From Alphaproteobacteria bacterium (GTDB taxonomy: Bacteria; Pseudomonadota; Alphaproteobacteria; MPNO01): 64,000 nt of DNA. Positions 20,901 through 29,568 of this stretch are shown piece after piece. A program made the position numbers and the translations under genes. How positions within the stretch are numbered: position 1 is the first letter of the stretch; each line of letters starts with the position of its first letter. The notes under the pieces are model-generated. The model had not been told where the DNA came from and did not search any database. It worked only from the letters and a program-made list of their open reading frames with translations. The DNA is taken from assembly GCA_965248835.1 (NCBI GenBank), contig CBDFLJ010000002.1, positions 2,112,001 to 2,176,000 of the forward strand, written 5' to 3'.

Positions 20901-21710
20901 CCCGGCCACTGGTTCGTGATCCTGAACACGGTCAACGACCATGAGCTGCATGTCAGGCGGTTCGGCGGCGAAGGCCCCGAGCTCGGCGCCCTGGAATGGG
21001 ACGTCAAGGCCTACTTCGCCCTGGGCGGGGCCATGCACGACGCCGCCATCGCCGCCTGGGGGATCAAGGGCTGGTACGACTATATCCGGCCGATCTCGGC
21101 CCTGCGGGCCATGGCCGAGCGCGGGCAATCGAGCAATCCGGCGCTGCCCTCCTGGTCCGCCGACGGCATCCCGCTGGTCGAGGGATCGATCGAGCTGGTC
21201 GGTCCCGACGATCCTCTTGCCGGCGAACACGGCGAGCACGTCGGCGAAATCAAGCTACGTGCGTGGCGCGGCCCCGACTTCATCGACGATCCCGCGGCCG
21301 ATGCGGCCGGGGTCGGCTGGATCCTTGCCGGGAACTGGTGGCCCTATCAGCGGCCGTCCTTCGTCACGCCGCCGTTCGCCGGCTACGTGTCCGGCCATTC
21401 GACCTACTCGCGGGCGGCCGCGGAGGTGCTGACCGCGCTGACCGGCGATCCCTTTTTCCCCGGAGGCATGAGCGAATTCGAAATCACCGCGAACGACTTC
21501 CTGGTGTTCGAGCGCGGCCCCTCCGTCGACATGACCCTGCAGTGGGCGACCTACCGCGACGCCGCCGACCAGTGCAGCCTGTCGCGCATCTGGGGCGGCA
21601 TCCATCCGCCGGCCGACGACATTCCGGGGCGTCTCATCGGCGCCAGGATAGGCCTCGATGCCTTCAGCTTCGCGAAATCCTATTTCCGGCCGCTGCCGCC
21701 CCGCCGTTAG
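17907..21710 (+). CDS. secreted FG-GAP/CRTAC1-like beta-propeller + ASPIC/UnbV + vanadium-dependent haloperoxidase (PAP2) fusion protein
   Basis: Hydrophobic N-terminal segment; seven DxDxDG motifs; GIGARVTV..YLSQ..LHFGLG..IEVRWP (ASPIC/UnbV); KGWYDYIRP, PPFAGYVSGHS, SRIWGGIH (three PAP2/VHPO motifs). Confidence 0.88.
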   Translation: MPDFNAAKNSGPGDRTLHQISGRNRKTSRAILVCLISGFLSVGAACLAESAATAGGGQSGFVDITAALGLDYHVKSDPEGEEAETDGPDRENGGLALVDIDNDGRLELYVAHGRGETGRLFSYDGSRFTRLAGNRGIEPTRMDRAGYFIDLDHDGRQDFVSVQSRGVEAFRNDGTGQFVETTGLFGIRHDRSTHSMAAADIDNDGDLDLFFAHWGNIWNRFRPPSHYLWRNDGRGRYADISHVVPIRPTVHYELEGSAQDPSYEYSFTPTFADIDADGDPDILLAGDFGSSQILRNEAGTAFVDTGGGAITDENGMGAAVGDYDRDGDLDWFVTSIHDADGNSGFGPTGNRLYRNIDGTGRFKDATEDAGVREGGWAWGTCFADFDNDGHPDLFQTNGWFGEYIDDAEGESVEVTEFLEDPSRLFMSNGDGTFTERASELGIRHSGQGRGVVCHDYDGDGRVDIFIANNAAAPTVYSNVFENNHHWLAIDLVGRYANPHGIGARVTVRTASGNQMQEMRLGSAYLSQAPPILHFGLGRDRTAAVIEVRWPGPGNQVSRLENVIADRRLTIRQPAPAGFALGVVDGAGGGLHGEGTTISIKAAEPARNHSFSHWTSEGGGAFGDARSPETTFTMPANPVTVFAHFPPGPPPSKAGVSVARRWIEVMLQAIRDDFARPTVHARNLFHLSAAMYDAWAAYSESAKPYLLGDADAACIPTSVPPAGDVRRAAQEEAISHAAWRIVRHRFRQSPNARRTRKNADTLMSALDYDTGAGFAGTAIRPAAGLGKCIGEFYIARGLTDGSNEANAYRAENYRPVNPSMEPYDPGNPELEDPDRWQPLSLGRFVDQSGFLIATGASDFVTPEWGRAAPFALTGDDLTVHQRDGAAYYVYHDPGPPPSFRGPLADLYKWGFSLVALWSSQLSPEDGVLIDIAPSGIGNIRALPRRFEDHVDFYDSGAGGPGHGINPATGKAYEPQLVPRGDYLRVLAEFWADGPDSETPPGHWFVILNTVNDHELHVRRFGGEGPELGALEWDVKAYFALGGAMHDAAIAAWGIKGWYDYIRPISALRAMAERGQSSNPALPSWSADGIPLVEGSIELVGPDDPLAGEHGEHVGEIKLRAWRGPDFIDDPAADAAGVGWILAGNWWPYQRPSFVTPPFAGYVSGHSTYSRAAAEVLTALTGDPFFPGGMSEFEITANDFLVFERGPSVDMTLQWATYRDAADQCSLSRIWGGIHPPADDIPGRLIGARIGLDAFSFAKSYFRPLPPRR

Positions 21711-21824
21711 TCGCGGCGTTTGCGGTCCTCGGGCAGGCGCTGTCGGGCGATAGCTCCCATCAATTGGCATTGAGACTGCGCATTGATCACGCACTCGTCG
21801 CCGCCATTGAAGCTGGCGGTTGCA

Positions 21825-22196
21825 CTAATCGTCGTCAACATCCGACCTGTTGCAGAGATCGCTAAGATCCTTGCAGCAGTGAACCCCCTCGACATTGAAG
21901 AAGCGGGTGTTTCTTTTCTTCTCATTACCGTGGTCCAAATGCCATGTGTAGTCCGTGGCATTCACTAAGTCGACCTTTACTACGACCGTACCAAGGTTCG
22001 AGCACTGGTTCTGGGCTTTAACTTCACCATGGCTCAGCCAATTTATACTGTTGTCCCACTCGGCGCGCAGGCAGTCGGCGTTATCGTGGCCGATTCTCTG
22101 GCCGATGCCGCAGGCGGCATGGGCCTGACCGGCAAGCGCCGCCGCCAATGCGAGCGCGACCACCGCCGAGACCGCATATGCTGCATGCCACTTCAT
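21825..22196 (-). CDS. secreted Cys-rich protein, paralog 5 (N-terminal 6-Cys domain only; second domain out of frame and degraded)
   Basis: MKWHAAYAVSAVVALALAAALAGQAHAAC...VVVKVD..TWHLDHGN..HCCKDLSDLCNRSDVDDD*; ASFNGGDECVINAQ follows in another frame. Confidence 0.8.
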   Translation of the reverse strand: MKWHAAYAVSAVVALALAAALAGQAHAACGIGQRIGHDNADCLRAEWDNSINWLSHGEVKAQNQCSNLGTVVVKVDLVNATDYTWHLDHGNEKKRNTRFFNVEGVHCCKDLSDLCNRSDVDDD

Positions 22197-22287
22197 TTTC
22201 CGATCCTCCGGTTCCGTGCAGGGGCATCGCCATGGCACAGGCCGGACAGCGGGCCTGCTCGCGCGGTGCTCACCTGCCGCTGCCGGA

Positions 22288-22316
22288 AATCTTCGACAGT
22301 GGCGCGTCACTGTCAA
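22288..22316 (-). promoter_or_regulatory. sigma70-like promoter of Cys-rich paralog 5 with overlapping dyad
   Basis: TTGACA-N17-AAGATT; GACAGT-N8-ACTGTC inverted repeat overlaps the -35 and spacer. Confidence 0.6.
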
Positions 22317-22375
22317 GCCAATGTCGGGTTCGGAACATGGAGGACGGTGGTTTGGATTTCTCATGGAATCGCACC

Positions 22376-23076
22376 ATGAGCAACTTGGTGGACTGTGATC
22401 GGGAGCAGGCGTTTCTGCTTCCTCCCGATCTGCGGGACCGGGTCCCGGAGGATGATTTGGCGCATTTCGTGATCGAGGCGGTCGAGCGCGTCGATCTGGG
22501 CGCCTTCAAGGTGAACCATCGTGGCACGGGCTCGGCGCAACATCACCTCCGGATGACGCTGGCCCTGCTGATCTACTGCTATGCCAATGGGATCTTCTCC
22601 AGCCGCCGGACGAGACGCCGGGTCCGGACGAGCGGAGCAATTCGAGCGGCCCGGACAGCCGGCTGATGCGCAAGAGCAACCAGCACGCGTATCGCCAAGC
22701 CTACAACGCGCAGGCGGTGGTGGATGCCGGCGGCAGTCGGTTGATCGCGAACGCGCGGATCAGCCAATGCGCCGGCGACCGCAACGAACTGGTGGCGGAT
22801 ATCGCGGCGATGCCGGCGCCGCCGGAGGCGAGCGGCATCGAAGCCTTGGTGTCGACCGCCGCGAGTAGCTCTCGCCTACAACTGCAAGCGCTTACACGAG
22901 CCGAGCCTGGCGACGTGAAGCACCCCGGTGGAGCATGTCGCGACAGAGCAAGGGCGGCCACGCTGCGAGACGCCGCCGAACCGGCAAACGGACTCTATCG
23001 AGAAGAAACCGACGCCAACTCAGCCCAGCAACAAAACCGTACGCGATCGATGAACCAAAGCCCGACGGACCGCTAG
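22376..23076 (+). mobile_element. internally deleted IS1182-family transposase remnant
   Basis: DREQAFLLPPDLRD.VPEDDLAHFV...LLIYCYANGIFSSRR (DUF772-type N-terminus), MRK..AYNAQAVVD, C-terminal SPTD; split across frames. Confidence 0.85.
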
Positions 23077-23714
23077 AACGCCGTCTCGGCAACAGAGGAG
23101 CGGGCGGAGGCTTCGGCGTGCCAACGGGCCAGGTTGTCGTGGGTCTCCGGAATCGGCATTTCGATGAACTTGGCGAAGTCGACCGTGCAGACCGCGGTCA
23201 CGTCGGCCACGGTGAAGCGCTCGCCGGCCAGATAGCGCACTTCGCCCAGGCGCCGGTCGAGCTTGTCGTAGTAGAGCCCGACCCGCAGCTTGCCGCGCTC
23301 GACGAGTTCGGGGATCTGGCCGACCTCCCGGTCGATGCCGGCAAGCGGCCGGCCGGCGAACGAGCGCTTGGCGTTGCGGAACGCCTCGGAGACCGCGGCC
23401 AGCCCCTCGTACTCGGACAGCCGCTCCCACATCTCCGCCAGCGCGGTCTCGCGGGCATCGCTGCCCATCATCGCCGGGTCGGGGTGAAGCGTCTCGAAAT
23501 AGCGGCAGATCGCCATCGCCTCGCCGACGACCGTGCCGTCGTCGAGCTCCAGGATCGGCACCCGGCGGTGGCCGAATCTTTCGAGAAACGCGGGATCGAG
23601 GATCGGCTTGCCCGGCACGCCCACGTCCTCCATCGGGACCTCGATGCCCTTCTCCTTGAGTGTGATCAGCACCCGGCGCGGGTTGGGCGCGATGTTCCAG
23701 ACATAGAGCTTCAT
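23073..23714 (-). CDS. glutathione S-transferase family protein
   Basis: MKLY....APNPRRV, RVPILELDDG, AICRYFE, YLAGERFTVAD. Confidence 0.92.
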   Translation of the reverse strand: MKLYVWNIAPNPRRVLITLKEKGIEVPMEDVGVPGKPILDPAFLERFGHRRVPILELDDGTVVGEAMAICRYFETLHPDPAMMGSDARETALAEMWERLSEYEGLAAVSEAFRNAKRSFAGRPLAGIDREVGQIPELVERGKLRVGLYYDKLDRRLGEVRYLAGERFTVADVTAVCTVDFAKFIEMPIPETHDNLARWHAEASARSSVAETAF

Positions 23715-23736
23715 GGCGCCTCGCGTGAATTGGCGT

Positions 23737-24609
23737 TCAGCCGAGCTCGGGCCCGGCCAGGGCGTAAATATAGTCCGGTTCGTCGAGCGGCGCCTGTTGG
23801 CCGCGCAGCATCCTGATATAGGGCCTCTGGAAGGCGAAACCCGAACCTTCCAGCCAGCCGATCAGAGCCCCATGGCGGTCGGGACAGTCGATCACCGCCG
23901 GGCCGTCCAGCCCGTCCAGCGCATGACGGGCAAGGTCGCGCGCGATGTTGGGGTCTTCGGCCACCAGCGGGCCGACCTGCATCGCCTGGCGGCCCTCGCG
24001 GGCCAGCACGTAGCCGGCCGGCGCTCCGCCGATGCGCGCGACATAGGCCCGGCCGGGCACCCGCCCGCGCAAGTGCGCGAGCAGCGCCGACCGGTCGCCG
24101 CCGAAGCGGGCGGCATCGTAGTCGGCGATCTCGCCGATATCGGCCTCGGCCAGGACGGCGATGCGCGCCGGGCAAGCCGGCGCATCGGCGGGCGCGACCG
24201 CCTCGGCCCACAGCCGCGCGATGGCGTAGATGTCGACAAACCCGAGATGGCGGTAGACCTCGCGCCCGGCCGGCGTCGCATCGAGCCCGGCGGTGGTCCC
24301 CGCAGCCTCGAGCTCGGCCAGCACCCGGCCCATCAGGTCGGTCGCGATCCCGCGCCGGCGCCAGTCGGGGCTGACCAGCACCATGCAAACCCAGGCGAAC
24401 CGGCCGTAGGGCAGCGCCATCGCCGAGCCGATCAGCTTGCCCTGCGCATCGCTCCGCCCGCTGCCGAAGCCGTTGGCCAGCATGTAGGACCAGTCCGCCG
24501 CGTTCTGATTCCAGCCGATCTCGGCCGACAGCGCCGCCCCTCGCCGGACATCGCCGGGGTCCAGCGGCGCCAGGTCCAACCCGTCAAAAGGATCCGTCGC
24601 GGCTGTCAT
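23737..24609 (-). CDS. GNAT family N-acetyltransferase (tandem, YitH-like)
   Basis: [45 protein letters not shown]. Confidence 0.88.
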   Translation of the reverse strand: MTAATDPFDGLDLAPLDPGDVRRGAALSAEIGWNQNAADWSYMLANGFGSGRSDAQGKLIGSAMALPYGRFAWVCMVLVSPDWRRRGIATDLMGRVLAELEAAGTTAGLDATPAGREVYRHLGFVDIYAIARLWAEAVAPADAPACPARIAVLAEADIGEIADYDAARFGGDRSALLAHLRGRVPGRAYVARIGGAPAGYVLAREGRQAMQVGPLVAEDPNIARDLARHALDGLDGPAVIDCPDRHGALIGWLEGSGFAFQRPYIRMLRGQQAPLDEPDYIYALAGPELG

Positions 24610-25618
24610 AGGCGGTCGGCTTGTCGAGGCTGTCCATGCCGCGCGCCACCCAATCGGCAACCCAGTCGATCATCCGTGACAACGGCACGCGCGGGTAGCC
24701 GAACAGGCCGTGGCAGGCGTCGGTGTTGACCAGCCAGCCGCGGTCGTCCTCCCGGCCGGTGATCTCCGGTCGCTTGTCCATCCGCCGGCCGAACGCCGCA
24801 GCCAGCGCGCGGACGCTGACGGTTTCCGGCCCGCTGACATTCAGCGGGCTCGCCGGAATGGTGCAATGGCCGAGGCAGCGCAGCACGATGGCGTTGGCGT
24901 CGCCCTGCCAGATCACGTTGACGTGGCCGGCGGTCACGTCGACCGGCTTGCCGTCGCGGATTTTGGTCGCGACGTCCCACAGGACGCCGTAGCGCATGTC
25001 GATCGCGTAGTTGAGCCGGATCAGCCGGCCCGGCGTGCCGTGATGGGCGGAGAAGAATTCGAAGGCCCGCTCGCGGGCCAGGCAGGACTGGGCGTACTCG
25101 CCCATCGGGGCCGGCGGCGTCGCCTCGTCGGCGCCGCCCTCGAGGATGTCGACGAACGGATAGACGTTGCCGGTCGAGAAGGCGACGATCCGCGCGCTCC
25201 GGAACGTCTCGGCGACGATCGCCGGGACGTGGGCGTTCATCGCCCAGGTCAGCGGCAGGTTGCCCGAGGTGCCGAATTTCCGCCCCGCCATGAAGACCAC
25301 GTTCGCGACCTGCGGCAACGCCTCGACTGCGGCGCGGTCCAGCAGGTCGCAGCGGATGGTCTCGATCCCGTGCGCGGCGAGCGCGGCCTCCAGCCCCGGT
25401 GCGGAGAAGCGCGCAACGCCGATGATGCGCTTGCCGGGCGCGGCGCGCTTTGCCAGCCGGGCCAGGGTGGGACCCATCTTGCCGCCGACCCCGAGGACGG
25501 CGATGTCCCCGTCGATTTCGGCCAGGTCCGCGACGAGCGCCTCATCGGGCGCGGTCATGAAGTCCTCGAGCGCGGCGACGTCGGCGAAACGCTCGGGCCA
25601 ATCCGGCACGGGGCTCAT
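24584..25618 (-). CDS. NAD-dependent epimerase/dehydratase family protein
   Basis: [48 protein letters not shown]. Confidence 0.88.
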   Translation of the reverse strand: MSPVPDWPERFADVAALEDFMTAPDEALVADLAEIDGDIAVLGVGGKMGPTLARLAKRAAPGKRIIGVARFSAPGLEAALAAHGIETIRCDLLDRAAVEALPQVANVVFMAGRKFGTSGNLPLTWAMNAHVPAIVAETFRSARIVAFSTGNVYPFVDILEGGADEATPPAPMGEYAQSCLARERAFEFFSAHHGTPGRLIRLNYAIDMRYGVLWDVATKIRDGKPVDVTAGHVNVIWQGDANAIVLRCLGHCTIPASPLNVSGPETVSVRALAAAFGRRMDKRPEITGREDDRGWLVNTDACHGLFGYPRVPLSRMIDWVADWVARGMDSLDKPTAYDSRDGSF

Positions 25619-26508
25619 GGCGCCTCGAAGTCGAACAGCCGTGCGGGGTTGTCGACCAGCATCCTGCGGCGGAGGTCGGCATCGGGAACCATCACCGGGA
25701 CCAGGTCCACCAGATCGCCGTCGTCGCACATCCGGCCCGGCTCCCAGCGCTGGGTGTGCGGCCAGTCGGTGCCCCAGATCAGCCGGTCGGGCGCGGCGGC
25801 CTCGAGCGTGGCCGCGACATAGGGCATCACGTCTTCATAGGGGTGGCCGGTCCTGCTGAGCCGCTCGGGACAGCAGATCTTCGCCCACACGTGGTCCTCG
25901 CCCAGGAGATCGCGATAGACGCCGAACGCCTCCTGGCCGAGGCCGGCGGTCACGTCGATGCGCCCGAAGTGATCGATCACCACCGGGATCGGAATGGCGC
26001 GGATCCATTCCGCGGCGCGGATCAGGTCCTCGGGCATGGCGTGCAAGGTCACCGACCAGCCGAAACCGGCGATCGCGGCGATCACGCGGTCGAACATCGC
26101 CAGGTCGATGGCGGTGCCGCGGGACTCGATCAGAGTGAGCCGCACGCCGCGCGCGCCCTGGTCGTGGAAAGCGCGGTAGTCGGCGGCATCGAAGCGGTCG
26201 TCGGCCTTGAGCACGGCGCGGAACCGGCCGTCCGAACGCGCGACAGCATCCAGACTCACCGCATTGTCGAAGCCGTGGCCCATCGGCTGGGTGACGACGC
26301 CGCGGTCGATCCCGAGGATCGCGGCGAGGCTCAGATAGTGCTCCAGCGGCGCGGTCGAGGGCGTATAGGCGCGCTCGGGCGCGAACGGGAAAATGTCCGG
26401 CGGGCCGAAGACATGGAAATGCGCATCCACCGTGCCCGCCGGCAGCTTGAAGTGCGGTGTCCTCGGGTTCGGCACCGGGGGATAGCAGACGCGAAATCGC
26501 TCTGGCAT
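25615..26508 (-). CDS. amidohydrolase family protein (2-pyrone-4,6-dicarboxylate lactonase-like)
   Basis: [41 protein letters not shown]. Confidence 0.88.
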   Translation of the reverse strand: MPERFRVCYPPVPNPRTPHFKLPAGTVDAHFHVFGPPDIFPFAPERAYTPSTAPLEHYLSLAAILGIDRGVVTQPMGHGFDNAVSLDAVARSDGRFRAVLKADDRFDAADYRAFHDQGARGVRLTLIESRGTAIDLAMFDRVIAAIAGFGWSVTLHAMPEDLIRAAEWIRAIPIPVVIDHFGRIDVTAGLGQEAFGVYRDLLGEDHVWAKICCPERLSRTGHPYEDVMPYVAATLEAAAPDRLIWGTDWPHTQRWEPGRMCDDGDLVDLVPVMVPDADLRRRMLVDNPARLFDFEAP

Positions 26509-26566
26509 ACGACCAGCCTAGCCTATTGTGTCGGAGGATGGAATCGCGCGGAGGACATGCACGGAG

Positions 26567-27415
26567 ATGACCGCAGAGATCGCCAACGCGGGCCAGATCG
26601 CGTTCTGGAACGGCAAGGTGGGCGAGATGTGGACGGTCGACTGGGAGCACCGCGACCGCATGCACGCGCGCCTTGCCGCGGGCTCGATGGCGGCGGCCGA
26701 CTTCAAGCCGGGCGAGCGCGTCATCGACATCGGCTGCGGCTGCGGCACGTCTACGCTGGAGGTCGCCGAAGCGGTCGGACCGCGGGGCGCCGTAACCGGG
26801 ATCGATATCTCGCGTTCGATGCTCGACCTCGCGCGCGGGCGCGCCGAGACATCGGCGGTGCCGGGCGTCACCTTCGTCGAGGCCGATGCCTCGGTCCACC
26901 GTTTTCCGGAATCCGCGGCGGATGTGATCTATTCCCTCTTCGGGATGATGTTCTTCGAGAACCCGGAGACGGCGTTCACCAACTTCGCCCGCGCGTTGCG
27001 GCCGGGCGGTCGGCTCGTCTTCATCTGCTGGCGTCGGTTCGAGGTCAACGAATGGATCGCCGTGCCGTATGCGGCGGCCTGTGCGCTGGAAGAAATCCCG
27101 CCGCCATGGTGGCCCGGCGTGCCGGGGCCGTTCGCATTCTGCGACGACGGCCCGATTCGCGACCTTCTCCGGGGGGCCGGGTTCGTCGACATCGCCATCG
27201 AGGCCTTCGATGCGCCCCTGCTGCTGGGCGAGACCGCCGAGATCGCGGTCCGCAAGATCGCCAAGACCTCGCCGATTTCCGCCGGGCTCGCCGCCGTGGC
27301 GGCCGACCGGCGCGGCGCGGTGATGGACGCCGTCGCCCGGTCAATGGCACCCTTTGCCGGCAAGGACGGCGTCGCGATGGGCGGCGGCGCCTGGATAGTC
27401 ACGGCAAGGCGGTAG
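26567..27415 (+). CDS. class I SAM-dependent methyltransferase
   Basis: VIDIGCGCG, GIDIS, FGMMFF, LRPGGRLVF, PGPFAF. Confidence 0.9.
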   Translation: MTAEIANAGQIAFWNGKVGEMWTVDWEHRDRMHARLAAGSMAAADFKPGERVIDIGCGCGTSTLEVAEAVGPRGAVTGIDISRSMLDLARGRAETSAVPGVTFVEADASVHRFPESAADVIYSLFGMMFFENPETAFTNFARALRPGGRLVFICWRRFEVNEWIAVPYAAACALEEIPPPWWPGVPGPFAFCDDGPIRDLLRGAGFVDIAIEAFDAPLLLGETAEIAVRKIAKTSPISAGLAAVAADRRGAVMDAVARSMAPFAGKDGVAMGGGAWIVTARR

Positions 27416-27418
27416 GCG

Positions 27419-28483
27419 ATGGGCCGGTCGATCGGCGATATCCCCGAGGCGGTGCGCGGCCTGATCGGCCGGGGCGCGGCGATCCCGGCCCACCCGCTGG
27501 CGCTGGATGCCGACCGAAAGCTCGATCCGCGGCGCCAGCGCGCGCTGTCGCGCTATTACCTCGATGCCGGCGCGGGCGGGCTTGCGGTCGGCGTCCATTC
27601 CACCCAGTTCGCGATCCGCGACGTCGGGCTCTATGCCCCGGTTCTGGAGCGCGCCGCCGAGACCGTCGATGAATGGGTCAACCGGCCGGTCGCGATGATC
27701 GCGGGTCTTGCCGGGCGGACCGCACAAGCCGTTGCCGAGGCGCAGACCGCGTCCGCGCTCGGCTATCACGCGGGACTTCTGAGCCTGGCCGGCATGAGGG
27801 GCGCCGGCGAGGACGAGCTCCTCGCGCACTGCGAGCGGATCGCCCGGGAAATCCCTCTGGTCGGCTTCTACCTGCAGCCCGCGGTCGGCGGCGTGCCGCT
27901 CGGCCCGTCGTTCTGGCGCCGCTTCGCCGCGATCGAGAACGTGATCGCGATCAAGGCCGCCCCGTTCAACCGCTACCACACGCTCGACGTCATCCGCGGC
28001 GTTGTCGAGGCGGGCGCCGAGGATCGGATCGCGATCTATACCGGCAACGACGACCACATCGTGCTCGACCTCCTGGCCCCGTTCGCGGTCCGCCGCGGAG
28101 CCGAGGAGATCAGGGTGCGGATCAAAGGCGGTCTCCTGGGCCACTGGAGCATCTGGACCAAACGCGCGGTCGAGATCCTGGCGCGCATCCACGACGCGGT
28201 CGCTTCCGACATCGTCGATGCCGACCTGCTGGCGCTCGATTCCCGGGTGACCGACTGCAACAGCGCGGTGTTCGATACCGCCAACGGCTACCGCGGCTGC
28301 ATCGCCGGCTGCCACGAGGTCCTGCGCCGTCAGGGCCTGCTCGACGGCATCTGGTGCCTCGACCCCGACGAAGGGCTGAGCCCCGGCCAGGCCGAAGAGA
28401 TCGACCGGGTGCACGCGGCCCACCCCGACCTCAACGACGACGAATTCGTGGCCGGGAACCTCGATCGCTGGCTGGCCCACTGA
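27419..28483 (+). CDS. dihydrodipicolinate synthase-family (class I aldolase-like) protein
   Basis: IPAHPLAL, AVGVHSTQF, GFYLQPAVGG, AIKAAPFNRY, YTGNDD. Confidence 0.85.
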   Translation: MGRSIGDIPEAVRGLIGRGAAIPAHPLALDADRKLDPRRQRALSRYYLDAGAGGLAVGVHSTQFAIRDVGLYAPVLERAAETVDEWVNRPVAMIAGLAGRTAQAVAEAQTASALGYHAGLLSLAGMRGAGEDELLAHCERIAREIPLVGFYLQPAVGGVPLGPSFWRRFAAIENVIAIKAAPFNRYHTLDVIRGVVEAGAEDRIAIYTGNDDHIVLDLLAPFAVRRGAEEIRVRIKGGLLGHWSIWTKRAVEILARIHDAVASDIVDADLLALDSRVTDCNSAVFDTANGYRGCIAGCHEVLRRQGLLDGIWCLDPDEGLSPGQAEEIDRVHAAHPDLNDDEFVAGNLDRWLAH

Positions 28484-28672
28484 CCCGGGTCGGGCCGGGC
28501 ACGCCCATGGGCGAGCTGTTGCGGCGCTATTGGCTGCCGGCGGTAAAATCCGATGAGGTTGCCGAGCCCGACGGCGCGCCGCTGCGCCTTCGTCTGCTGG
28601 GCGAGGCGTTGATCGTCTTCCGCGACACCGAGGGCCGGGTCGGCATCCTCGATCAGTTCTGCCGCCACCGCC
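28480..28672 (+). pseudogene. N-terminal fragment of a Rieske oxygenase alpha subunit (phthalate dioxygenase type)
   Basis: LTRVGPGTPMGELLRRYWLP...RLLGEALIVFRDTEGRVG...C.HR, truncated inside the Rieske motif. Confidence 0.85.
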
Positions 28673-29171
28673 TTGACGCCGGTGACGCCGGAGACCTTTG
28701 CCATCGCATTCCACACCAGCTCGATCTCCGGAAGGGCGCGGCGCTTGGCAACGATCGTCTTGCCTTTCAGGTCGGCAAGCGTCGAGACCCCGCTGCCCTT
28801 GCGGACAAGCATCCAGCGGAACGAGGCCTGGCCCTGGACGACCAGCTGGATGTCGATTTTTTCTTGAAGTTGTGGGTGCCGTTGTAGCCGGTGAAGGCAG
28901 CGAAGGCGTTGGCCAGCGCAAACTCGATCCGCTTGCCGGCGAGGCCGCGGTTATTGGCCGAGGAGCCGCCGACCGGCTCGACGGTCGCGTTGATCTTGGC
29001 GTGCCTGGTGATCACCTCCGAGGCGCCGATGGCGATCGTATAAAACACGCTGCCGACGCTCGACGTCCCGATCCTGATCACGTCCTGCGCCGCCGCGGCG
29101 CCCGCGAGCACGAATGTCGCCGTGGCGACCGCGAGACCTGCTCGCACGAACCCCTTGAGCCAACCTCCCAT
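28670..29171 (-). pseudogene. TAXI-family TRAP solute-binding protein, frameshifted and 3' truncated
   Basis: Signal peptide, IGTSSVGSVFY, VGGSSAN; after an A6-run frameshift at ~28860 continues SGVSTLADLKGK; ends abruptly. Confidence 0.8.
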
Positions 29172-29568
29172 TGTTGCCTATCGAGCATCGACACTAACAG
29201 AGCCGAAAGACCGCTCCAAAAGACGGCCGCGGCCTCGACGGGCCGGTCCATGGTTTCATAACCGCTGTGAAAACGAGGCCGAGGAAGCAGGTGCCCGGTC
29301 TTGCCCGGGACCGGGAGAAAATCGATGGATCCTGCCGAGAACGCGGTTGAGGCCGGCGCGAGCCGCCTTTCCACAACTCGCGCCCGGTCGTCGATGCCTG
29401 CCGCCCGTGGGAATGGAAGGAGACCTTCGCCAAGCTCGCTTCGGCAAGTGCGGACCTGCGGCGAAAGACGGCCGCGAAACGGCGCCAGGTCCTGGATCGA
29501 AGATAGCCCAGGTTGGGCCGACCGGCTCGATCCGCAGACCGCACCGGTATGGGATAAATTGCGGCCGC

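Noticed and set aside
12696-22316. CRISPR array or integron cassette array
   Set aside because: The repeats are gene-sized paralogs in both orientations with their own promoters. No cas genes, integrase, regular repeat-spacer period or attC structure was seen.
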